Assembly (NCBI GenBank): GCA_964620655.1
Contig: CAZUJW010000001.1
Span: forward strand, 20,651 to 84,650
Reading direction: 5' to 3'
Origin: an uncultured Christensenella sp.
GTDB lineage: Bacteria; Bacillota; Clostridia; Christensenellales; DTU072
Length of the DNA stretch: 64,000 nt
Under the pieces are notes generated by a model. It worked only from the letters and a program-made list of their open reading frames with translations. It made no database searches and was not told where the DNA came from. The position numbers and the translations under genes were made by a program. Numbering within the stretch: position 1 is the first letter of the stretch; each line of letters starts with the position of its first letter. This document shows, in pieces, positions 55,772-64,000 of the stretch.

Positions 55772-57211
55772 TTATTCCGTAACGGCGTTTTTCGTAGAGT
55801 CGTTTTTTTCGGTTACGGGAGAGTCCGGGCGGGAAAGTTGTTTATAAGTTAAGGCAAGTATTATTACCGAAGCGACGAAGGTAAGGGCATCGGACACGGG
55901 CATCGAGTACAACACGCCGTCGAGTCCGAAAAACAGCGGCAAGATAAGAGCAAAACCCACTCCGAATACCACTTCTCGCAGCACGGATAGTAGGGTTGAA
56001 GTCCACGGTTTGCCCATAGCTTGCAGGAATATAAACGCCGCTTTGTTTACGCAGGCTATAGGCATAAGACACAGATAGGTGCGGAAACATTTTACAGCGA
56101 ATTCGGTGTAGTAAGAACTTTCGTTTTGCGCGCCGAAGATAGCGATAAGTTGCCGCGGTAAGAACTCAACTGCGATAAGTCCTATTACGCCTACGATAAA
56201 TTCGGTGATAAGGAGCTTAGTTAACAGTTCTTTTGCACGGGAATTGAGTCCCGCTCCTATATTGTATCCGACTATCGGAATACTTCCCGCGGCGAGACCT
56301 ATCGACACGGATATTACTATCTGAAAGAATTTCATCACTATACCGATTACCGCCATCGGAATTTGCGAATATTCGGGCTGACCGAAAATTTCGTCCATAG
56401 CCCCGTATTTTTTAGTCATATTCTGTATTGCCGCCATTGCCGCGACGAGAGATATTTGTGCCAAAAAACTGCATATTCCCAAAGGAATAAAGCGTTTTAT
56501 TGTGGCAAACTTTAACATAAAATCGGTTTTCGTTATTTTAATCGTTTTCATTTTGCAAAGATAAATTATCGACAGCGCGGCGGTTACTACCTGTCCTATG
56601 GAAGTTGCGATGGCGGCTCCCGCCATTCCCCATTTGGTGACGAATATGAATATCGGATCGAGAATAGTATTCGCTACCGCACCGGCAAGCGTAGAAACCA
56701 TAGCAAAATTCGGACTGCCGTCGGCGCGGATTACGGGGTTCATAGCCTGTCCGAAAACGTAGAACGGTATTCCCGCCGCTATGTAGATAAAATATTCTTT
56801 GGAATAGGCAAAGGTCTGCTCGTTGACGTTGCCGCCGAAGGCTATAATAAGCGGATCCATAAAGATAAAGTAAACCGCAGCAAGCAAAACTCCTGCGATT
56901 ATCGAAAGAATTACGGCGTTGCCGACGGCGGTACCCGCTTCACCGTTTTCGCCGTTACCTAATTTTATACTTACGTACGCGCAGCACCCGTCGCCTATCA
57001 TTACCGCTATCGCGAGTGCAATTACGGTAAGGGGAAATATTACCGTGTTTGCGGCGTTGCCGTACGAGCCGAGATAGTCGGCATTGGCAATAAATATCTG
57101 GTCGACTATGTTGTAAAGAGCGGCGACAATTAAAGCTACCGTGCAGGGAAGACAGTATTTAAGCATAAGTTTGCCTATCGGTTTTTTCGCTAAAAAATCA
57201 TTTTTTTGCAT
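55772..57211 (-). CDS. MATE-family efflux transporter
   Basis: 12-TM MATE architecture with an N-terminal KKPIGKLMLKYCLPCTVA...Y.IVDQIFI motif. The start is moved to ATG 57211 after a GAGGTG SD. Confidence 0.9.
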   Translation of the reverse strand: MQKNDFLAKKPIGKLMLKYCLPCTVALIVAALYNIVDQIFIANADYLGSYGNAANTVIFPLTVIALAIAVMIGDGCCAYVSIKLGNGENGEAGTAVGNAVILSIIAGVLLAAVYFIFMDPLIIAFGGNVNEQTFAYSKEYFIYIAAGIPFYVFGQAMNPVIRADGSPNFAMVSTLAGAVANTILDPIFIFVTKWGMAGAAIATSIGQVVTAALSIIYLCKMKTIKITKTDFMLKFATIKRFIPLGICSFLAQISLVAAMAAIQNMTKKYGAMDEIFGQPEYSQIPMAVIGIVMKFFQIVISVSIGLAAGSIPIVGYNIGAGLNSRAKELLTKLLITEFIVGVIGLIAVEFLPRQLIAIFGAQNESSYYTEFAVKCFRTYLCLMPIACVNKAAFIFLQAMGKPWTSTLLSVLREVVFGVGFALILPLFFGLDGVLYSMPVSDALTFVASVIILALTYKQLSRPDSPVTEKNDSTKNAVTE

Positions 57212-57243
57212 TTTTTTCACCTCAAAAAATCTAACTTTTCGCA

Positions 57244-57280
57244 AAAAAATGCGTAAGTCGTCAAAAACTCGGACTTACGC
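57244..57280 (-). terminator. Rho-independent terminator (gpr terminator and/or attenuator of the MATE gene)
   Basis: gcgtaagtc-N12-gacttacgc followed on the minus strand by ATTTTTTTG. It ends about 33 nt upstream of the MATE start codon. Confidence 0.6.
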
Positions 57281-57419
57281 ATTGTAATATTTTTTGTACA
57301 CGTCGACGGAATTTTCGTTCCGCTAAAAACGGTATAACGCTACTCAGTTGTGATAAGATGATAACAAAATTTTCAGAAAAACGCAAACGATTTTGGCGAA
57401 AAAATTCGTCGCCGCGGCA

Positions 57420-58238
57420 TTATTCTTCGTAGTCGTGGACGGCTCGGTTTATGCTTTCGGCGATGACGTAGGAAAAGTCTTTTATTAAAAAATCAACGTC
57501 TTTTGCCATTACGGCAAGGTCGGTAAGGTTGGTTTTTTCGGCGGTCATGAAGTCGTTTTTATCAAGATAAGCCGCCACTATTTTTTCTGCGGAAATGACG
57601 AGAGGTACGCCTATCGCTATTACGGGAACGGAAAGGGATGCGGACGTAAATTCCTTTTTGGCGTTGCCGACCCCTTTACCGGGAGTAATACCTGCGTCGG
57701 ACAGTTGCACGGACGAGCCGAGTCGTTCGAGACGGTTGGCGGCGAGAGTGTCGACTACTATAATAAATTTCGGGTGTAACGCGTCGCAAAGAGCGGATAT
57801 GTGAACGTAACTTTCTATCCCCGTCACACCGCTTACTCCGCATTTTACCGAAGCGAGATTGCCCATAGTTTCGTCGAAGCGTCTATCCTTATATATATGC
57901 GCGGTGACATACAGCTTATCGACAACAATACAGCCTAATTTATCGGCGGTTAAGTTTTCGTTGCCAATACCGCCGACAAGTACGAGATCGGAAGAAGATA
58001 CTTTGTATTTTTTCAGAAAATATCGTATCTGCGAAGAGATTACGGCAATAAGTTTTTCCAAGAGGGGACGGTTTGCGAAAAGTTCCGCTTTTATTTCGTC
58101 GGTAAAAACCCGGTACTTCCCGTCTACCGAGCTTTCGGTCACTACTATCTTGCCGGAGTAGTATTTTTGCGTTTTCACGGCGTCCGATTCGCCTTTTACG
58201 GCGACGGCAGGTTCTATAAAGTTTCGGTAAAGTCGCAT
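57420..58238 (-). CDS. gpr: Germination protease GPR (spore endopeptidase)
   Basis: GIGNENLTADKLG and VDTLAANRLERLGSSVQLSDAGITPGKGVGN...VPVIAIGVP match GPR hallmarks. It is divergent from rpsT, as in Bacillus. Confidence 0.85.
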   Translation of the reverse strand: MRLYRNFIEPAVAVKGESDAVKTQKYYSGKIVVTESSVDGKYRVFTDEIKAELFANRPLLEKLIAVISSQIRYFLKKYKVSSSDLVLVGGIGNENLTADKLGCIVVDKLYVTAHIYKDRRFDETMGNLASVKCGVSGVTGIESYVHISALCDALHPKFIIVVDTLAANRLERLGSSVQLSDAGITPGKGVGNAKKEFTSASLSVPVIAIGVPLVISAEKIVAAYLDKNDFMTAEKTNLTDLAVMAKDVDFLIKDFSYVIAESINRAVHDYEE

Positions 58239-58282
58239 AATTCGATATTATTGCTTTCGGCAAAAAAAATATACGGTTTTAG

Positions 58283-58311
58283 TTGCAATTTTTTTATCCG
58301 TATGGTAGAAT
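58283..58311 (+). promoter_or_regulatory. Extended -10 promoter of rpsT
   Basis: TTGCAA, 17-nt spacer (ending TGg), TAGAAT. Confidence 0.55.
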
Positions 58312-58356
58312 AGCATACGCAAATTCAAAACGTTACGTTAAAAAAGGAGTTACCGG

Positions 58357-58629
58357 ATGGCTAATATTAAGTCCCAGAAAAAACGCGTTCTTATAAGCAG
58401 AGAAGAAAATGCACGCAATAATAGTTTGAGAAGCGAAGTTAAGACCGCTATTAAGAAATACGAAGCAGCTATCGCCGCTAACGATATCGCTAAGGCGGAA
58501 GAACTTTTGCCCGTTACTTTCTCCGTTATCGACGCCGCTCGTTCCGACGGATTGTTCCATGTAAACAACGTTGCGAGGAAGAAAGCAAGACTCGCTAAAA
58601 TGTTGGACAACGCAAAGAAAGCTCAATAG
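58357..58629 (+). CDS. rpsT: 30S ribosomal protein S20
   Basis: MANIKSQKKRV... 90 aa. AAGGAG SD. Confidence 0.95.
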   Translation: MANIKSQKKRVLISREENARNNSLRSEVKTAIKKYEAAIAANDIAKAEELLPVTFSVIDAARSDGLFHVNNVARKKARLAKMLDNAKKAQ

Positions 58630-58674
58630 TTTTTTCTTTTTAGTAACACAAATATCGAATATCAATAAGCCATT

Positions 58675-58698
58675 GGCATAACGTCGTTATGCCTTTTT
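58675..58698 (+). terminator. Rho-independent terminator of rpsT
   Basis: ggcataac-gtc-gttatgcc followed by TTTTT. Confidence 0.7.
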
Positions 58699-58807
58699 GT
58701 GTATAGCAGCCACGATTTTCGTCACGGGTAGAAAAACCGTTGCACTGTGAAAAATCGCATCGAATATTTTATAAACAGTCTTTTCCCGAAGCTGCGTTTT
58801 GATGGCG

Positions 58808-59044
58808 TTATACCACAAAATAAATTACGTTCCCATCTTTTCGGTTAGGTTTGTAGTCTGTTTCTTTTTGCTCAGGATATTTTTTTACACCCACGGTTTT
58901 CTTTGTATCGAAAAAATACCTTATTTGTTCGGAGGCGACGTGTCTCGCAAAAGTTTTACATTTATGTCCGACTTTTAGGGTTTTCGTCACTTCAAAAAAG
59001 TTATGCGGGTTTATGAATATATTGTTGTTTAGGACTTTATGCAA
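58808..59044 (-). other. AT-rich 78-codon ORF of doubtful coding status (possible gene remnant)
   Basis: TTG start only. An ATG four codons upstream of an in-frame TAG lies immediately 5' of it. There is no SD and no recognisable motif. Confidence 0.15.
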
Positions 59045-59078
59045 ATTCTTGTTCTAAAAAATCGTCATATTAAAAACA

Positions 59079-59140
59079 GGTGAATTCCCAAAGTAAATTT
59101 CACCACTTTCCTATTGTGGAATTCACTTTGGGAATTCACC
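59079..59140. repeat. Hairpin family B, copy B2
   Basis: ggtgaattcccaaagt...actttgggaattcacc is a perfect 16-bp outer stem, with an imperfect inner stem ending in gtggaatt. It shares the core with B1. Confidence 0.65.
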
Positions 59141-59184
59141 GATAAAAGTCTTATCCGAAAAATACATAAAATACATAAAAGCGG

Positions 59185-59213
59185 TTGACAAAAAAGCGTA
59201 TAATTGATATTAT
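59185..59213 (+). promoter_or_regulatory. Sigma-A-like promoter of the infC-rpmI-rplT operon
   Basis: TTGACA, 17-nt spacer, TATTAT. Confidence 0.55.
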
Positions 59214-59219
59214 ATCAAG

Positions 59220-59331
59220 GAAGTAGATATGCGTCTCACCGGCATCCTTAGGATAAGCGGTTTCTTAAATAAGATATTTTAAGAAAAAGATGTGTATTTA
59301 CGCACATCTTTTTTATTGGAGGAAAGGACTT
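59220..59331 (+). promoter_or_regulatory. infC leader with an intrinsic terminator (L20-leader-type attenuator candidate)
   Basis: About 110-nt leader ending in the hairpin aagatgtg-N8-cacatctt plus TTTTATT (about 59287-59317), immediately before the GGAGG SD of infC. Confidence 0.45.
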
Positions 59332-59844
59332 ATTTTTAAGGATTTAGCCATCAACGGCAGTATTACCGATAAGGAAGTGCGTCTCATCGACGAGAACGGA
59401 ACCCAACTCGGTATAATGAGCAAATCGGAAGCTCAGCGTATAGCCGACTTCCGCAATCTTGACCTTGTCAACATTTCTCCCGCGGCGAAACCGCCCGTGT
59501 GCAAGATAATGAACTACGGAAAGTATCGTTTCGATATGATTAAGAAGGACAAGGAATCGAAAAAAGCCCAGAAAGTCATCGAAGTAAAAGAAATCAGACT
59601 TTCGCAAACCATTGACGTAGGTGATATAAACACCAAAGCTAAACACGCAAGATCTTTCTTAGAAGACGGCAACAAGGTTAAAGTCTCGCTGAAAATGTAC
59701 GGGAGACAGCTTTCTCACCCCGAAATAAGTGTGGAAGTGCTTAACGGTTTTTACGAACTCGTTAAGGATGTGGCCGTCGTCGACAAAAAGCCTACAACGG
59801 AGGGCAGAGCCGTCACCATGATGCTCAGTCCTTTGAAAAAATAA
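59332..59844 (+). CDS. infC: Translation initiation factor IF-3, ATT start codon
   Basis: A GGAGG SD lies 9 nt before ATT 59332. The product begins [28 protein letters not shown], matching typical IF-3 N-termini. The track ATG at 59290 lies inside the terminator hairpin. Confidence 0.9.
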   Translation: MFKDLAINGSITDKEVRLIDENGTQLGIMSKSEAQRIADFRNLDLVNISPAAKPPVCKIMNYGKYRFDMIKKDKESKKAQKVIEVKEIRLSQTIDVGDINTKAKHARSFLEDGNKVKVSLKMYGRQLSHPEISVEVLNGFYELVKDVAVVDKKPTTEGRAVTMMLSPLKK

Positions 59845-59866
59845 ACATACAAGGAGAATTTGGATT

Positions 59867-60067
59867 ATGCCCAAAATGAAAACTCACAGCGGCGCAAAAA
59901 AGCGTTTTAGATTTACCGCAAGCGGAAAGCTCAAAAGAGCTAAGCAGAACAAGAACCATATACTTAACAAGAAGACCACCAAGAGAACGAGAAATCTCCG
60001 TAAGGGCGGATACGTTGACGCCACTCAGGCAAAGACCATATCCAATATGATTATCGGGCAGAAATAG
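59867..60067 (+). CDS. rpmI: 50S ribosomal protein L35
   Basis: [14 protein letters not shown]. 66 aa. Confidence 0.95.
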   Translation: MPKMKTHSGAKKRFRFTASGKLKRAKQNKNHILNKKTTKRTRNLRKGGYVDATQAKTISNMIIGQK

Positions 60068-60077
60068 GAGGTAAAAA

Positions 60078-60434
60078 ATGAGAATCAAAAGAGCAGTAAA
60101 CGCAGTTAAGAAAAGAAGAAAAATTATGAGAAGAGCCAAAGGTTACTTTGGCGCAAAGAGCAAACTTTACAGAGTAGCAAGACAAGCCGTAATGAAGAGT
60201 ATGCAATACGCATACGTCGGAAGAAAATTAAAAAAGAGAGACTTCCGTCAGCTTTGGATTGCTCGTATCAATGCTGCTGCAAGGATGAACGACCTTTCTT
60301 ATTCTCGCCTTATGCACGGTCTTAAAGTAGCGGGTATCGACCTTAACCGTAAAGTTTTGGCTGACCTTGCAGTAAACGATGCGGAAGCGTTTGCCGGAGT
60401 ATGCGCGAAGGCGAAAGAAGCTCTTCAAAAGTAG
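60078..60434 (+). CDS. rplT: 50S ribosomal protein L20
   Basis: [25 protein letters not shown]. 118 aa. Confidence 0.95.
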   Translation: MRIKRAVNAVKKRRKIMRRAKGYFGAKSKLYRVARQAVMKSMQYAYVGRKLKKRDFRQLWIARINAAARMNDLSYSRLMHGLKVAGIDLNRKVLADLAVNDAEAFAGVCAKAKEALQK

Positions 60435-60440
60435 TAACAG

Positions 60441-60476
60441 AAACGCCTTCGTTGAAAAACGCAGGCGTTTTTTCTT
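60441..60476 (+). terminator. Rho-independent terminator of the infC operon
   Basis: aaacgcct-N14-aggcgttt followed by a T-run. Confidence 0.65.
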
Positions 60477-60518
60477 TTAATTACGACAATAAACAATTCG
60501 CTTTAATGTAAGGAATAA

Positions 60519-61247
60519 ATGGTAATAACAAGCACGTCCAACGACAAAATTAAAAGACTGCGTTCTTTGTATAAAGACAGGAAGAACAGGTATTTGTACG
60601 GCGAATACGTAGCCGAGGGCGTGACTATGGTAAAAGACCTTGACGAGAGCGTTCTTACCGAAGTATTTATTAAAGAAAGCCGTTATGACGAATTAAGTAG
60701 TTTTTTTCCGTCGGAAAAGACAGTCGTGGTCAAAGACGCCGTATTCGATACGGTAGCCGATACAAAGACTCCGTCTGGCGTAATCGTCACGATAAAAATC
60801 CCCAAAAACGCGGAAATAAGCGGAGATAAAGTAATTATGCTTTGCGGCTTATCCGACGCGGGTAACGTCGGCACTATTATAAGAACGGCTTGCGCCAGGG
60901 GAATAAAAACGGTAATATGCGTGGATACCGCAGACCCGTTTTCGCCGAAATCGGTGCGAGCGAGTATGGGCGGAATAGTTAAGACCGATATTATTATTAC
61001 CGACTACGAAAAGGCGTTTTCTTTAATAGACGGCTATATGCTCGTTGCGTTAGATATGGACGGTATTTGTATCTACGACTACAAACAAGCAGGCAAAACG
61101 GTAATCGCCGTCGGTAACGAATCGCACGGTATTCCCGACTGCGTAAAGTCTGAATGCGACGTCAAAATAAATATTCCTATGGCGAAAGACGGCGTCGAAA
61201 GTCTTAACGCCGCCGTATCCGCAGGAATAGCGATGTATTTATTGTAA
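60519..61247 (+). CDS. TrmH/SpoU-family RNA 2'-O-methyltransferase (YsgA-like)
   Basis: SpoU motifs DAGNVGTIIRTA, VGNESHGI and SLNAAVSAGIAMY. It follows rplT, as ysgA does in Bacillus. Confidence 0.85.
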   Translation: MVITSTSNDKIKRLRSLYKDRKNRYLYGEYVAEGVTMVKDLDESVLTEVFIKESRYDELSSFFPSEKTVVVKDAVFDTVADTKTPSGVIVTIKIPKNAEISGDKVIMLCGLSDAGNVGTIIRTACARGIKTVICVDTADPFSPKSVRASMGGIVKTDIIITDYEKAFSLIDGYMLVALDMDGICIYDYKQAGKTVIAVGNESHGIPDCVKSECDVKINIPMAKDGVESLNAAVSAGIAMYLL

Positions 61248-61272
61248 AAATAAAAATTAAGGAGACAACAAT

Positions 61273-62013
61273 ATGAGCGGACACAGTAAGTGGGCTAATA
61301 TAAAAAACAAAAAAGGCAAAGCCGACGCAGCTCGCGGAAGCGTTTTTACCAAGCTCGGACGCGAACTTGCGGTTGCCGTCAAGTCGGGAGGTTCCGACCC
61401 TAACAGCAACTCCCGTCTTAGAGACGTAATCTCAAAAGCCAAAGCCAGCAACATGCCGAACGACACCATAATGCGTTCAATAAAGAAAGCCAGCGGAGAA
61501 CTCAACTCCGTCAACTACGAAGATATGCAGTACGAAGGATACGCTTCGGGCGGCGTCGCCGTAATAGTCGAAGCACTCACCGACAACAAGAACCGTACCG
61601 CCGGCGACGTAAGACACGCTTTCGATAAGTGCGGCGGAGCTTTGGGAAGTAACGGTTGCGTAAGCTACCTTTTTAACAAGAAAGGACTCATCGTCATCGA
61701 TAAAGGCGACATGTCCGAAGACGATATAATGATGCTTGTTCTGGACGCAGGCGGCGACGACGTAGTGACCGACGAAGACGTTTACGAAGTCTACACCAAA
61801 CCGCAGGATACGGGGGCTGTAAGAGAAGCGCTCGAAAAAGCGGGTTGCTGCATAGTAAGTTTCGAAACGGGATTCTTCCCCGACAATTACGTTATTCCCG
61901 CTCCCGACGCTATCCCCGCCATCGAAAAACTCATCGGAATGCTCGAAGACCTTGACGACGTTCAGAACGTGTATCACAACGCAGACCTTCCCGAAGAAGA
62001 GGAAGAAGAATAG
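61273..62013 (+). CDS. YebC/PmpR-family DNA-binding transcriptional regulator
   Basis: MSGHSKWANIKNKKGKADAARG signature. 246 aa. Confidence 0.9.
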   Translation: MSGHSKWANIKNKKGKADAARGSVFTKLGRELAVAVKSGGSDPNSNSRLRDVISKAKASNMPNDTIMRSIKKASGELNSVNYEDMQYEGYASGGVAVIVEALTDNKNRTAGDVRHAFDKCGGALGSNGCVSYLFNKKGLIVIDKGDMSEDDIMMLVLDAGGDDVVTDEDVYEVYTKPQDTGAVREALEKAGCCIVSFETGFFPDNYVIPAPDAIPAIEKLIGMLEDLDDVQNVYHNADLPEEEEEE

Positions 62014-62019
62014 ACTCTT

Positions 62020-63264
62020 ATGTTTGACGTAGAAAAACTTTGTCGCGACGTCAAAGAAGCAAGTTTTCGTTTCGCAGGCGTATCGACCGAATTAAAAAAC
62101 GCCGTTCTGGCTAAAATCAAAGAAAAAATTCTCTCCCGCAAGGAAGAGATTTTTCTATGCAACGCCGAAGACTGTAAAGTAGCCGCGGCGGGCGGACTTT
62201 GCGATGCGTTTTTAGACAGACTCACCATTAACGAAAAACGGCTTAAAACCATGCTCGACGGAATAGACGACGTGATAGCCGCTCCCGATTACGTCGGGAC
62301 TGTGGAAGAAAGCTATACCGTAAGAAGCGGGCTGCAAATAAAGAAGGTTCACGCTCCGTTGGGCGTAGTCGGCATAATATACGAATCGCGTCCCAACGTC
62401 ACCGTCGACGCCGCCGTACTCTGCATAAAGAGCGGCAACGGCGTAGTCCTGAAAGGCGGGAAAGAAGCGATAGGCACAAACAGGAAACTCGTCGAAATCA
62501 TGCGCGACGCTTTTAAGGAAGTCGGACTCGACGACAGGATAGTAGGTTTTATAGACGGCACGGACAGAGCTCTTACGGAAACGATGCTCGGTTGTTCCGA
62601 CAGTATCGACGTCATTATTCCGCGCGGCGGCGAAAAATTGAAAAAGCTCGTCCTTGCGAAAGCAACTATGCCCGTAATCGCTTCGAGCGGCGGAAATTGC
62701 CACGTTTATATAGAAAAAACCGCCGATATGGAGATGGCGAAAAAAGTCGTTCTCAACGCGAAAACTTCCCGTCCGTCGGTTTGCAACGCGGCTGAAACCT
62801 TGCTTATCGACAGAGAAATAGCTCGTAACCTGCCCGAAATTCTTTCGGCTCTGCAAGAAAAAGGCGTCGAAATAAGAGGCACGGAAGAAGTGAAAGGAAT
62901 TTTTGCCGATACGAAAATAATCGACGAAAGCGAATTTTTCACCGAATACGAAGATTTGATAATGAAAGTTAAAGTCGTAGCCGACGAGAGGGAAGCCATC
63001 GACCATATCAACAAGTATGGCACTCATCACAGCGACGCTATAATAACGAGCGACGATAAGGCGGCGGAATTATTCTGCGTCGAAGTGGACAGCGGAGCGG
63101 TCTACGTAAACGCAAGCACACGTTTTACCGACGGATACGAGTTCGGTTTGGGTGCGGAAATGGGGATATCCACGCAAAAACTGCACGTCAGAGGTCCTAT
63201 CGGACTGAAAGAACTTACTTCCGTCAAGTACGTGGTTCACGGAAACGGAACGGTAAGAGAATAG
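62020..63264 (+). CDS. proA: Glutamate-5-semialdehyde dehydrogenase
   Basis: ESRPNVTVDAA and the catalytic-Cys region SVCNAAETLLI. 414 aa. Confidence 0.95.
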   Translation: MFDVEKLCRDVKEASFRFAGVSTELKNAVLAKIKEKILSRKEEIFLCNAEDCKVAAAGGLCDAFLDRLTINEKRLKTMLDGIDDVIAAPDYVGTVEESYTVRSGLQIKKVHAPLGVVGIIYESRPNVTVDAAVLCIKSGNGVVLKGGKEAIGTNRKLVEIMRDAFKEVGLDDRIVGFIDGTDRALTETMLGCSDSIDVIIPRGGEKLKKLVLAKATMPVIASSGGNCHVYIEKTADMEMAKKVVLNAKTSRPSVCNAAETLLIDREIARNLPEILSALQEKGVEIRGTEEVKGIFADTKIIDESEFFTEYEDLIMKVKVVADEREAIDHINKYGTHHSDAIITSDDKAAELFCVEVDSGAVYVNASTRFTDGYEFGLGAEMGISTQKLHVRGPIGLKELTSVKYVVHGNGTVRE

Positions 63265-63282
63265 TTAGTTAAAATTTTCGGA

Positions 63283-63311
63283 AACCGATCGCCGACAGCG
63301 GTCGGTTTTTT
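63283..63311 (+). terminator. Rho-independent terminator of proA
   Basis: ccgatcgc-cgaca-gcggtcgg (one G-U pair) followed by TTTTTT. Confidence 0.7.
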
Positions 63312-63343
63312 CGTGAAAATGCGATAAGTACACGCCAAAATAT

Positions 63344-63372
63344 TTGCATTTATACGCTACTTTTGATATACT
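63344..63372 (+). promoter_or_regulatory. Sigma-A-like promoter of pfkA
   Basis: TTGCAT, 17-nt spacer, TATACT. Confidence 0.5.
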
Positions 63373-63386
63373 CTTAATGTTTATGA

Positions 63387-64000
<614 letters not shown>

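Overview
This looks like a 64-kb chromosomal segment of a moderate-GC, spore-forming Bacillota, probably Clostridia-like. The evidence is gene content and Bacillus/Clostridium-type synteny: gpr next to rpsT, whiA, comM-dprA-topA-trmFO-hslVU, rpmB / asp23-yloV-recG, and infC-rpmI-rplT. I support about 53 protein-coding genes and a tRNA-Gly/Cys/Leu cluster. I saw no rRNA, CRISPR array, intact IS element or prophage. All coordinates for non-ORF features were counted by hand and may be off by 1-2 nt.

Most of the window is tightly packed housekeeping: ung, uvrC, murB, whiA, dnaE, an ABC importer, comM, dprA, topA, trmFO, hslVU, hisS, trxA, nifS-nifU, recG, murG, proA and pfkA. Four very large secreted or lipoprotein genes interrupt it: a Big_3-type protein of about 1596 aa, a 668-aa membrane-anchored surface protein, a BspA-type LRR lipoprotein of about 1995 aa, and a 611-aa GLUG-type lipoprotein.

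The most unusual content is non-coding.
- **Family U:** an intergenic element of about 150-190 nt in at least five copies. Some copies carry an optional 56-nt hairpin core with GTAG/CTAC motifs and compensatory stem changes. The copies cluster around a gene for an IS200/RAYT-like Y1 (HUH) protein whose HUH histidine pair is lost. Together these look like a REP/RAYT-like arrangement.
- **Family B:** a second family of long hairpins (stems about 16-25 bp) that also show compensatory changes.

Other points worth a second look:
- Two cysteine-rich micro-ORFs around a divergent ArsR/SmtB repressor.
- An insertion of about 268 aa in DnaE.
- An orphan HisZ-like paralog translationally coupled to the LRR giant.
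- A probable leaderless uvrC.
- An ATT-start infC behind an attenuator leader.
- An RpoA-alpha-CTD-like/WG-repeat fusion protein.

All family assignments come from reading motifs by eye. No searches were run.
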